Of a stretch of 64,000 nt of DNA, positions 25,236 through 36,397 are shown in pieces. Numbering within the stretch: position 1 is the stretch's first letter; every line of letters begins with the position of its first letter. Made by a program: the position numbers and the translations under genes. The notes beneath the pieces are model-generated. The model was not told the DNA's origin. It saw only the letters and a program-made list of their open reading frames with translations, and made no database searches. Source of the stretch: Phoronis australis (Eukaryota; Animalia; Phoronida); contig NMRA01000473.1 in assembly GCA_002633005.1 (NCBI GenBank), positions 185,471-249,470 of the forward strand. Direction: 5' to 3'.

Positions 25236-25560
25236 CTATGAGGCGTAGCCAGCAATATTTTGGAGCCAAAGAAAGTCCCAATCAGAGAGCGTGGAGGCGA
25301 TTGCATGACACCGTTTTCGTCCGCAATGTGAGTGCCGGTGTCGTCACTCGTGATGTTCATGTTTTTAAAAACGGGGGGCATTTTTGAGAAGTACTTACGC
25401 TGATGTGTTGGGACGTCAATGTCACATTAAATCACTCCGATCAGAGCATCGTCTAGGACCATGAACGATTTCTGTCAAAGTATTATGCTTTTCCGTGGGT
25501 AAAGCGTACAGTGTACTTCTGGGCTCTCTCATTTTAAGGCTTCCCATGAACATCAAAAGT
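25236..25560 (-). pseudogene. Polinton/Maverick (adintovirus-like) protein-primed DNA polymerase B fragment
   Basis: LIGVI*CDIDVPTHQRKYFSKMPPVFKNMNITSDDTG....PPRSLIGTFFGSKILLATP. This matches the CDI.VP...FSEM.PIFKN...PRR.LIGS..G.KILL.TP segment I recall from Maverick-type PolB. Confidence 0.65.
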
Positions 25561-25769
25561 TTACTTCGTACTTATAGCCGTTATTCTTGGTGTATTTTCG
25601 AAATTCATTTTTTCCTCGCGTAAATCACTCATCGATTTTCCGTGGGTGTTATTGTTGACCATAGGCGAACCGTCTTTACTTCGCGTGAGCCCGCAATCTT
25701 GACCGTGCCTGCAACACTCGTGAAACTGAAAGACTTTGTGCTGTTCTAGCCAACACCTATCCTTGGTGC

Positions 25770-26104
25770 CATAGGCAGATTTAAGGGGGGGCACGGGGTC
25801 CGGCCGCCCCCCTCCTCCCCTTGGCTGCCGCAAGCAAAATGACACAACACGCGAAGCGTGAGGAAATATTGAGTTCACTAACTAGGACCGGTAGCGGATG
25901 AGGCGTTGACTCAGACCCCAGATCGAAGCGGTATTGTGCTCCCATTATATTTTTTTTACTCCAACGACAGACTTTGCGAATAGAAGGTCCACAACCACGC
26001 CCGCGCAATTAACGGGCCCGCCTGTGCAGATGCAATCGTGCTTTGCAAAATTCCCCGAGGCAACATGTTGCCCCCCCCCTTATGGTATCCTAGATCCGCC
26101 ACTG
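25770..26104. mobile_element. hAT-like MITE family A, copy 1 (5-bp TSD)
   Basis: CATAGGCAGATTTA...TAGATCCGCCACTG. Flanks GGTGC / GGGGC. Confidence 0.8.
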
Positions 26105-28386
26105 GGGGCAAAGCCGTACACTAAATATAGTAAAAAAGTGGTAAAATTTTATCTGACACAAAATTAGTCTTATTTTTTACTTGAGTAAATTAAATTATTT
26201 ATTGGAAAAAATGGCGTTCTACCGTTATTCTGTTTCTAACGTTGTGGAGCGATCTTTAGCGGCGGCTTTTGGCGCCATGAAATATTTCGTCACCTATTTG
26301 CCTGTTTCTTTTGTCACCGATTCTTCAATCAACTGTTGTTCTTTCACGAGTTTGCGTACACTTCACAACAAATTATCGGAACTGGTTTCACTTCATTATA
26401 AGTTTTTAGAATTTTTATATCGAAAAACCGAATTTCAGAAGGAATTTTGCTGCTGCCAAGCTATCATCATCTCCGAGAGATGTTGCAAAAAGTTGGGAAA
26501 TGGCGCGTGCGCGTTTCACGAACGTACTGTTTTCAATACGACAACATATCTTTTTTCTTTGTTAGAAAAGACGGAGGATTGCGCAAGAAAATAACGTTTA
26601 TTAGAACGTAACGGGCAAGGTGAGTGTTGTTTGATTCCCAGATTGTGAATGTACCCCGTCCGGTCTTTAGCTCTATAGTCCGGATACCTATCGTCGACAG
26701 GCTCCAAAGGTCGTCCGCCATCTTCTTTCGCGAGCAGCGCAGCCACGCGGGACTGAGCGTTCCAATTTGGAGTGCTCGTCTGCACGTTAGGTACTAACCT
26801 CTCGGGAGAAACACGCATGGAAGAACTGAGACTAAAATTAATGCATTTACCGACTGTTTTTTTTTTGTTTTTTTTGAGGCCACTCCAAAACTTGTAGATT
26901 TTACTAATGCACTTTTTTGTTCATTTTCAGAAGATATTTTCGAAATTAAATTTTCTTCAGAAGGAACAAAAACCTACACAGATATTGTTTATGCAATGTG
27001 TCTATTTGTCCCAGGCACCAACCGACACCTGTTAGGCCAAAGGAAAAACGCAGCAGACAAATGGAACACGCTGGGTGCTTAACAGTTTCGGCCCACGCCT
27101 TGGTCATCAAAATATTTTCCACTTGTTTTTTATTGAAAAACGAAGTACTGATCTCAACATTTATGTTGAAATTTTTGGTTAAAGCATTTTGAATTTATTT
27201 GAAGAAAATTAAAATACTTTAATTGATAGAGAATAGCCACCAATAAAGTAAAACATTTACTTTATTTCACTATATTGCATTGTTACATACAACACAGCAT
27301 GGCATAATCAAAAATAAAAGAAGAGATTGAGCAATAAAATGCAAATACAACTTGGGTATTTATTTAATTATTTATGATTGCAGAAGCCTGTTAAAGGTGA
27401 GAACAAATCAAACAATACGATATTGGGTAATTTATTAGAACAATGTATCAAGGTTCAATGATCAACTTGCACCGACAAAGTCTCAAAGGGTTACAGTTCT
27501 GTTTTGGCTGACAAGGTGTTAACAGAGAATGAAGAAAAACTGAAAAGAAAAGAAAGACAGCAGAGATAAGTGGTGTTAAGAACAACAAGAGCAAAAAGTC
27601 AAATAAAGAGGACACAAATAGAAAATAAGTAAGGTCTATCTGGAATAAAGCAACTGCGATTTATTTTCCAGAACTGAAATTCTAAATCAATTTTAATAGA
27701 TTTAAAAATCGATATCATACTAGTAAAACAGTTTGTGGTTGAAGTAGAATTGCTGTAAACAACTTTCCACTATTTCCTTGGCCTTTTTCTGTGAGGTTTT
27801 CTGTTCTTTCAAAAGGCGGCAGCATATGACGACCATAGGAGTCATTATAAAATGACTGCCGAAAAGCAATGCACAGTTCAACAACTCGGCATAAATAAAA
27901 GAAAACTTTTGAATCAACTAATACTATGGATTTGTGAGAGTCAAATCAAATTCTATGCAGAGCATAACTTTGAAGTTGAATAATTAGGTGAGTACGACAA
28001 CAAACCGGTTTTATGCTTAGGCGGACGACCATTGGGTTCCCGAGTATACGTGTTGATACAGGTTTCACGGCGAGTTGACGAGCAGAACTACCCTGGCTGT
28101 GTGCGATTTCGGGGTCTATGGAAGAAAAACACACAGTGGTACCTACGTGTATTTTGACGACACTCTTCATGCAGCTAGCTTGCTGGCTAGGCAAAACCCA
28201 TTCACGAGATTACGTTGAGTCCTTACTATGGTGGGAAATACGGCCATGTAATAATGTTTTCCGTATTCACCTCCCGCACTACTTCAACAGCGACCTCTGA
28301 CATGGAAAGTTCAAAAGGTAGGTCAATGTCGACTCGTCGTCGATAGCCGGTTCGATCGTCAAACTATCAGAAAATATTTTAAAGTA

Positions 28387-28694
28387 CAGTGGCGGATCTA
28401 GGATAACATAAGGGGGGTCCAACATGTTGTCTCGGGGAATTGGGCAAAGCACGATTGTATGCACGGGCTGCCTGAAAGTTGCGAGGGCCAAGGATGTGCA
28501 CTTCCTGTTCGCAAACATTATTGGTGGACGAAAAAAAAAACGGGAACACGATTTCCCGCGATCTGGGGTCTGAGGCCCCCTCATCGGCTACCGCTCCTAC
28601 TTCTTACTGGCCTCAATATTTCCTCACGCTTCTTGTTGTTGCTCTTTCATTGCTTGCGGCAGTCAAGGGGGGCGCCCCCCTAAATCCGCCTATG
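28387..28694. mobile_element. hAT-like MITE family A, copy 2 (opposite orientation, perfect 5-bp TSD AAGTA)
   Basis: CAGTGGCGGATCTAGG...CCTAAATCCGCCTATG flanked by AAGTA on both sides. The paralogous unit has an empty site with a single AAGTA at ~30891. Confidence 0.85.
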
Positions 28695-29174
28695 AAGTAA
28701 TACAATTGCAACAGTGTGAGTAACACTCAACATGTAATCAGGTCTCAATCGTAACATCCGGAACAGGACTATTAATTATATGATGTTCTGTCTCAGTTTT
28801 CATTTGCAAAGTATAATATCGTTTGCAACTCGCCGATTCCGCGGTAACTTCATAAAATATGGTGTTATTTAACTATTTTCAGGAGATGTTACAAGTTCAG
28901 TGCTAAGTTGCCGTTGTTGTTTTTTTTCTGTTATCTCTTTTCAAGTAATAAATAGTTACATTTAAAATTGTTTCTTTTACTGGAGAAAACTTGCAACCTA
29001 ACGGCGCAAGTACATACATATATGATGTGATCCGCCACGTGAACAGTCTGAGAGAAGTACTTAGAAAATCTGCGGAAAAATGAAAGAAACTTAGGAATTC
29101 GAAGCGTATGGGATAAGTAAAAAACGATCCTCGATTAGCGTAACTAAAGTAATATCCCACTCGACTTTATACAT

Positions 29175-30636
29175 CCTGCCCAATATGGTTTTCGTGGGGG
29201 ACACTCAACAGAACTGAATTATGGATAGAATTGTCAAGGCTATGGAAAATAATGAATTACCCCTGGCCATTCTAATTGATCTTTCCAAAGCTTTTGACTC
29301 TTTAAGTCATTCAATTTTGCTTGACAAACTTTTATATTATGGTTGTAACCCCTTGTCTTTAAGTTTCTTGAGAAGCTATTTCTCTAATCGGGCTCAGTAT
29401 GCTCAAATTAACAACACAAAATCCAACATAGTTCCAATTCTACGAGGTGTCCCACAGGGGTCTATACTGGGTCCGTTATTATTCATCATTTATATGAATG
29501 ATTTTGTGAAGTGCACAAGTTTCTTTAAGTGCATACTCTATGCTGATGATACTACTATTATTAATGGTATTCATAGCACGTTGTTTGTTAATGAGTCACG
29601 CATGTTTTGTGCGGAGCTGGAGAAAATTCAGTCTTGGTTAACGTAAATGGACTGGTTTTAAATGCAACTAAAACAAAATTCATGGTTTTTCATAAACCCC
29701 CAAAACGTATTGATGATTTTTATTTAAAGTTTAATAATTTGAAAATTGAAAGAGTTCGTTCTTTCTATTTACTTGGTGTTACCATCAACGAAAAGTTGTT
29801 ATGGAGTCCACACATAAACAATTTGTTGAGAAAGATAAGCAGATTCTGTGGTGTTCTTAATAACATAAAACATTTCTTGCCCTTTAAAACTTTGAAACTA
29901 TATATAATGGCCTTGTCCTTCCTCATTTTAATTATGGAATTCTGCTGTGGGGGTGTGAACATCACAGAATATTTAAACTACAGAAAAAGGTTATTCGCAA
30001 TATTACCTCTAGTCATTTTAATGCCCATACAGATCCTTTATTAAGACTACACAGTTACTCAAAATAAAGGACTTGAATGTTGTTGCTATTATTAAATTTT
30101 TCTACAAATATGTTCATAATTACTTACCTTTATTTTTTAACACGTTCAACTTAATAACTCGTGGGTCTGTTCATGAACATTACACTAGGCAACGACATCT
30201 TTTACATACTTCCCGTTGTACTAAATCATTTGTTGACGATTCAGTTCGCAATGTCCTACCTCATATCATTAATAACCATCCTGAAAGTGTTTCCCAAAAA
30301 CTTTTTACCCATTCGTTATTCTCTGTTATAAATTATTTTAAGAATGTTTATTTTGAACATTATGAACTTGAGTGCACTATTCTCAACTGCTTTGTATGTA
30401 ACTATTTTCGATAATCTCTCCCAGTCTTTACAGAAGTAGTTTTAAAGTACATTATCACCTAATTTTTATAGTTCTGCTTATCTGTAACGCTGTATTTTTT
30501 CTTTCTTATTCTCTGGTGGCTCCGTGGTTAGCGGACCTCTCGGGTTCTTTACGGAGTCTCCATAAGCGTAAATCTGTATCCACTGTATTTTTTGGTGTTT
30601 GACTTAAAGTTAATAAAGTGTATTACTACTACTACT
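29175..30636 (+). mobile_element. 5'-truncated L2/CR1-clade LINE (RT pseudogene, 2-3 frameshifts)
   Basis: QYGFRGGHSTE, IDLSKAFDSLSHSILLDKL, GVPQGSILGPLLFIIYMND, LYADDT, C-terminal CxxxxCxxC. 3' stem-loop (CTCCGT...ACGGAG), AATAAA and a (TAC)n tail. Confidence 0.92.
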
Positions 30637-31257
30637 TCGGCCTCGGTCGATACGCGGAATAATGTCTCGTGGGATGGTACTTCATGTACGCCACTCTCGG
30701 TACGCTTTGTGTATTTATCCCATGCCCGTTGAATCTCTCGAGTGCAATACGGCCATGTAATAATGTTTTCCGTATTCACCTCTCGCACTACTTCAACAGT
30801 GACCGCTGACGTGGAAATTTTAAAAGGCAGGTCAGTGTCGACTCGACGTCGATAGCCGGTTCGATCATCAAACTTTCCGAATATAGTTTCAAGTAATACA
30901 GTTGTAGCAGTATAAATAACACTCGACATGCAATCAGGCCCTAAACGTAATATCTGGTACAAAACTGTTAATTACATGACACTGCTGTCTCAGTTTTCAA
31001 TTGCTAAATATTATATCGTCTGCAACTCAGGCGCCGATTCCTCGGTAACTACAATATCAAATACTGTTGTGATTTAACTATTTTCAGGAGGTGTTACCAT
31101 TTCAATGCACAGTTACCTATGTTTTCATCTATGTTATCTCTTTTCAGGTAATAAATATTTTAATATACCACATTATTAGCGTCAAATGGCAGATACGACC
31201 GTGTAATATCCCATACAGTTAACGTTTTGGCGGGAAACCGAGGACGGTGTCGAACCC

Positions 31258-31869
31258 GCAGAATGATGAATGTTGGCCAAATCCCCTTTTATCCACTGAC
31301 GTCACAAGCATACTGGCGCCCCCAGTGGAGGCCCTGAGAACTCGCAAACTAGCATGCTGGCGACTGTGATTAAAGTATTTTTATGATTTTTCCAGAGTCG
31401 CTATGTTTTAGTGTGTTTTTTAAGTAATGTTGCATGTCTCAGAAAATTAATATTGTTCCAATAAATTAAGAAAATTGGAATATTCATTCTCGCGATCCTG
31501 CAACACCATCCAAATGTTCTTCTGAAGTTCTGTGTTACACACGGCAAAGCCTAAGTTTTATCCCCACGCGAAATAGCTACATTTACACTCGACTAAAAAG
31601 GAATCTTTCAATCATAATTAATAAATACTATATACCATTCATTGTTATATACCATGCATTATGTTTTTAGAAAAAAAAAACGATACTCAACGTCCCACAA
31701 TAAATACAAGTCTGTTCGCCAGCTTGGCTCGGCCGTTGCTAGGCTGGATACTTCCGGGTTCATGAACTCGGTTTATTTACGAGTTCTCAGGGCCTCCACG
31801 GGGGGGGGCGTCAGTATGCTCGTGACGTCACTGGACAAAAGGGGATTTGGCTAACATTCACCATTCTGC
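31258..31869. mobile_element. Non-autonomous Mutator-like element (MULE), ~95-bp TIRs, 9-bp TSD
   Basis: GCAGAATG.TGAATGTT.GCCAAATCCCCTTTT...GAGGCCCTGAGAACTCG is inverted at the right end. TSD GTCGAACCC (31249-31257) / GTCGATCCC (31870-31878). Confidence 0.85.
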
Positions 31870-31891
31870 GTCGATCCCGGAACCCTGTAAT

Positions 31892-33850
31892 TGACCTATC
31901 GCCAGGATTATGACGGACGGCTTAATTGACCAATCAGAACGCAGCATTCTTGGCACACCTTCGTCTCCGTTTCCAAGCCGCCATTTTACCTGACAAACCA
32001 CACGCAGTCGCGTAAAACTTACTTTAGTTTGTAGCTCAAGAAATTGTCCGCTAAGAATGGGAAAACGGTGTTGATATGACGTGTGTAGCCCCGACAGCCG
32101 TTATGCTGCTCCAGAATAATGTCCCGTCATTTTTTGGCATGTCCTAAGCCGAAAAATGATGTTGAAAAGCGTAAACTATGGATCAAATTGTACGGCTACC
32201 CAAGCAGCTGAACTTAGCAATGTTGCTTGATAACTCGAAGGCTATAATAAACACATATATATTAGTTCTCAGCACTCTAGCGGTAGTCCCCGGAAATTGT
32301 TGTTTTTAAGGACATTTTTATTTTATGTTTTTTTTATTTATTTCAACCTAATGGGCATTATTTTGTTTCGTATCAGAGGTATATTTTTGTTATTCATAAA
32401 CCGTGGCGTTCAACTGAACTTCTGTCCCGGTCAAAATTCAGAGATTCGATCGGCACAGGGAAGGGCGCTGGATTACTGCTGGAACTCAAAGCCTTGGTCG
32501 AGCTGTTGTCACTAAAAATAAACTGTTAAATACTTTTTGACGTGTAGCTCTAGCATACACTATGTCTGTAGAGTACGGGAGAGCTCATTTTGGTGTGATT
32601 CAAACATGATATTTAGATTTATGAACCTTTAAAAAAGAGTTTGAGTTATTTTTGTAAATACCCTATTTTTGCAACTACCACACCACACTTGTAATCTTTT
32701 GTAACCATACGACAACTTAGTGATCATGGTACCTTCAAAATTAAATGAAAGCTACCTTTATGGAATGAAACTACAAAAAATGCCAAGTTAATAAGAAGGT
32801 AGGCCTAGTTTAAATGTCTTAATGGTGCAAATTCCATTGGGGGGCAGAAGCCCCAGCCCCCCCCCTCGNNNCCCCCCCCCCCCCCTTGGCTGCCGCAAGC
32901 AAAATGAAACAGCAAGAGCGTGAGGAAATATTGAGTTCAATAACTAGGACCTGCAGCGGAAGAGGGGGGGCTCAGATCCCAGATCGCGTCGGAATCGTGT
33001 TCCTGTTTTTTTAGTCCACTGATAGATTTTCTGAACAGAAGGTCCAGTGGTCTACATCCCTGGCCCCTGCAACTTTCGGGCCGCCTGTGCACATACAATC
33101 GCACTTTGCCCAATTCTACGAGGCAACATATGTTGGGCCCACCTTTGGTATCCTAGATCCGCCACTGTATTCCAGACATTAATTTTACTTAGACACAGCC
33201 CTAGACCTAGGCTACCGGAGCTAACTGTTTGCCCAGAACCAGATGAGTGTGTACCTGAGCTATGAACCTGATTTTTTTATCAAAATATTTCGTGACAAGA
33301 TTAGAAAAGCTATCGAGTCGATCTAGTCAGAGACTATAGTGCATGTGTTGTCTGTAATCTATGACCTACTTTACTCCAGGAGTCCCACCAGTTGTGACCT
33401 ATTCATTCGGCGAAATTTAGCAGACGACAGAATAAAAATATCGGTGAATCTTCACTGATTTTATTCGACAGATCATGAAATCTATGGACTCGTACAGATA
33501 ATTGGACTTTAAGGTACATACCCAGCTTTACATGAACATATCGTATCAGTGGCCTTTTATTTGTCAGGTGGAGGTAGCCCCGAGGCCAAGGGGTTCTTCA
33601 GATTTTCTCTGGCTCCTCGAGCACTTATTTTTTCATCGTCACCTTTACAAATTCCCATATTATGAACGTACGATTCACTGTTGAAAAGCATTGCCTCTTG
33701 TCTCTGTCGACGCGTTTTCAACTAGTGCAAAAACACTCATCGATTCCACCAGGAACGTCGTTTAGCGACAGTGTATTTGCCTCTGACATCTCGTTCGAAT
33801 GTCGGGTATCACGTGACTTTTCGCATAGGGGCGGAGCTTGCGATAGGTCA
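31892..33850 (+). mobile_element. ISL2EU/Harbinger-like non-autonomous element with THAP relic, copy 1
   Basis: TIR TGACCTATCGC...GCGATAGGTCA flanked by AT. THAP relic MGKRC*YDVCSPDSRY...PKPKNDVEKRKLWIKL...HIYISSQH from ~32057. Start of a second, convergent ORF (MSEANTLSLNDVPG) at the other end. Homologous to 58198-59831. Confidence 0.75.
32835..33167. mobile_element. hAT-like MITE family A, copy 3, nested in the ISL2EU-like element
   Basis: Shares CCCCTTGGCTGCCGCAAGCAAAATGA...GCGTGAGGAAATATTGAG...CCTAGATCCGCCACTG with copy 1. Flanks AATTC / TATTC. Absent from the homologous element at 58.8 kb. Confidence 0.8.
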
Positions 33851-34434
33851 ATTGCTGGTCGCCGACTCTACCACTACACCACGCAGCGACTGACGTCATC
33901 AAGAGTGAAAATAGAATACTTAAATGAGCACACGCAATAATCCCATGTTCAGCAACCCGCATTGTACTGTACTTATACGCTACGAAAAATAAGACAAATA
34001 ATTTCCATAAAAACGATATCTTAATTTAGTGAAATTTTTCTCTCATTACCTCTTACTTGTAAATCACCGATCCCCAGTTTGAATGCGGGTATCGTGTCGT
34101 CAGGATCTTTGACTTGAGAATTATATTCAGTTGCCAGTGGTAACCTACTTTAGCAGACGATAATTTTTCCCGGTCGAAGCTTAGCGTGAAAAAAACGTGT
34201 TTTAAGCTATAATAGTTGCTAAACCTTAATTCATAAAGTCAATTTATTTCTATTATATTTAAGTTTTCAATTGGTTTTGAGTAAAAGCATTTGACAAAAA
34301 TAGCCCGGCTTTTCTTAAAAGGTCACGACCTCCGACCCCGGGCCTCTGACATAGAAAGTAGTTACAAAGCCGGGGAGAGTCAGAAAAGGTAAATCGATTC
34401 ATTACAAAGTTTGTCGTTTAGTATGTGGTATAAA

Positions 34435-34600
34435 TAGATTATTACATGTTCTCAGCCGTTATCCCCTTATTTAGAGCCCTCGTGGATTTTGGAGAATTAT
34501 CACCCTCGGGGCTAACGCCCCTCCCTCGGGCGATAATTCTCCAAAATCCACTCGGGCTCTAGATAACGGGGGATAACGACTTCGCCATTTAATAATCTAT
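34435..34600. mobile_element. Near-perfect palindromic MITE (Crypton-type non-autonomous appearance)
   Basis: ATAGATTATTA...CGTTATCCCC..AGAGCCC..GTGGATTTTGGAGAATTATC.CCC, a loop, then the inverted copy ending TAATAATCTAT. TA-rich flanks. Confidence 0.8.
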
Positions 34601-35522
34601 ATATATTTAAAACGGTTTCTTTTACTAGAGAAACTTACAGCTTAACTCGCAAGTACATACATATAACATGTGATCCGCCAGGTGAACAGTGAAGTATTTA
34701 AAAAATCTGCCGTAAAAAGGAAAGAGATTTGGGAATTCTAAACGTACTCGACATTATTCCGCGGAATAATGTATCGCGGGATGTTACTTCATCTCTATCA
34801 CTCTCGGTACGTTTTGTGAATTTTTTCCTTGTCAGCCATTCAAGCCGTTGGATAGCCTTTCGGCAACGTGAGTGAGAGTGGCGAATATTGAAATGCTCTT
34901 TTCTGTGTCTAAGAATGTAAGGTTGTGGGTGTATAACGCTTGCCCGCTTAGCAGACTTTGAAAGGAGTTTTCAATTTCTCCACCAAAATTTCTAGGGATA
35001 TCGAGGATTACAGAGCATTCTTTTACTTCAGAGAACTGGGTGGGAAAGTCGTGTTAGTATCAGTTAATAGACCAAAACCGGACTTGGTAATAAGTTGGTA
35101 TCCTTTTAAAGGAGGCTTAAAATGGTACTACTAAGACCATACCACTCAGACGTAATCCCTGTGACTGTAGAAACTGACCTGTTAGTGATGTTTCAGAGAT
35201 AAAACACCTCAACGGACTGAGACTGGTTTCAACTTGTTCGGTATTTCTTTTTGGCTAAAACATGAAAATTTGATACCCTGAAAATACTCAGCTAAAAGAA
35301 ATGAACTCGGAATTCAGTTCGCAAATTCACTGTCGTTGATTTGGCCGGTTTATTAAATTTTGAATTAAGTGACTAATTTGGGCCCTTCCACCTGGGATAT
35401 ATGTATAACAACGAATGACATCATGTAGAGAATCAGAATAATTGTGCATGCGTCGCTGTCTGCATGTAAACAGCTGGTAAAAAGACGGAATTGTTTTCAA
35501 AATACGTCGTCGCGTTAAGCCT

Positions 35523-36397
35523 TGTTATTGCTATTTTCCCTGATGCAAGACTTCGATAGGTGGTCACAAATTCCCAAAAAACCTAAGGTTACTACAGGCG
35601 GTCAAAAGGGTCAACCAACTGACAAAAAGTGTGTCGGGACGCCGGGAAGCCTCACGCCCCGTGTGTGCTCTGTGCATTTCCATTGAGAGACTTCATAATC
35701 ACGTTACTTGGTAAGTTTTTAGCAATTAGTTTCTATGGACATCGTGATGTTATCCCCACCAGTTACCCACCACTGAATAACGGGTTTATTCAGTGGAACT
35801 AAAAGTTTCTATTCAGAAACTAACCCGGGACCCGGATGTTAGGCTAGCAGCACATATTGTCCTGGGTGGGAGTGCTCCCAATACAAGAGGCGTATGGGGC
35901 GTGCCGCTCAGAAGTCAAGTGTGACTTTTTCACAGCAAGTTCTCTTCAAAACTATGCTATGTCCAATAAAATTCTCTAGATGAGTGAATTTCCTTATTCT
36001 ATAACGGACCCCAACCCCAGATTAGTTACCGAATTAACATGAAAGAGATAACATAGAGTGAATTTTATTTGTTGAGATCAGAAACACATTTTAGGCGTCA
36101 TGAAAAATACACATTTTTAAATCGCTTTTAGCATGTTTCACATATTTTAATTCAGATCTTAAATAAGACTTTTTACAAAGATTATTAGTTTCTACTTATA
36201 AACATGACGATGAAATGTCAATTATGTTCTGCCTTACAAAAGTAGTTTTGTCTTGTGTTTTCTTTTATAATTTGCTAATATTTCTCTGACTGTTCTGTTA
36301 CAGGTTACAGGTGAGAGAAAACGCCTGAAACCAGCCGCTTTACCTTCAATTTTACTTTTTGACGAAGTGAAAAGCAGCCCTTCAGCAATAACCTGAG
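35523..36397 (+). pseudogene. Intron-split THAP domain pseudogene (transposon-derived)
   Basis: CYCYFP*CKTSIGGHKFPK...AVKR...TPGSLTPRVCSVHF, then donor G|gtaagt at 35711, acceptor ~36310, then GERKRLKPAALPSI (the THAP AVP box). Confidence 0.7.

Larger units (their letters stand above)
31238..33886 (-). mobile_element. tRNA-derived SINE head split into three pieces by two DNA transposons
   Basis: Removing the MULE and the ISL2EU-like element (and one TSD copy each) gives GCTGCGTGGTGTAGTGGTAGAGTCGGCGACCAGCAATTACAGGGTTCCGGGTTCGACACCGTCCTCGG on the minus strand, with an A box (TGGTGTAGTGG) and a B box (GGTTCGAC). Confidence 0.65.
28233..34830. repeat. Remnant tandem array of ~0.73-kb units, dispersed by later insertions
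   Basis: 28233-28950 (minus the MITE) matches 30745-31160. 28957-29110 matches 34603-34745. 34760-34825 matches 30652-30717. The units are contiguous once the inserts are removed. Confidence 0.7.

Noticed and set aside
30549-30962. 137-aa minus-strand ORF
   Set aside because: It spans the LINE tail and tandem-unit junction, so it is a chance frame.
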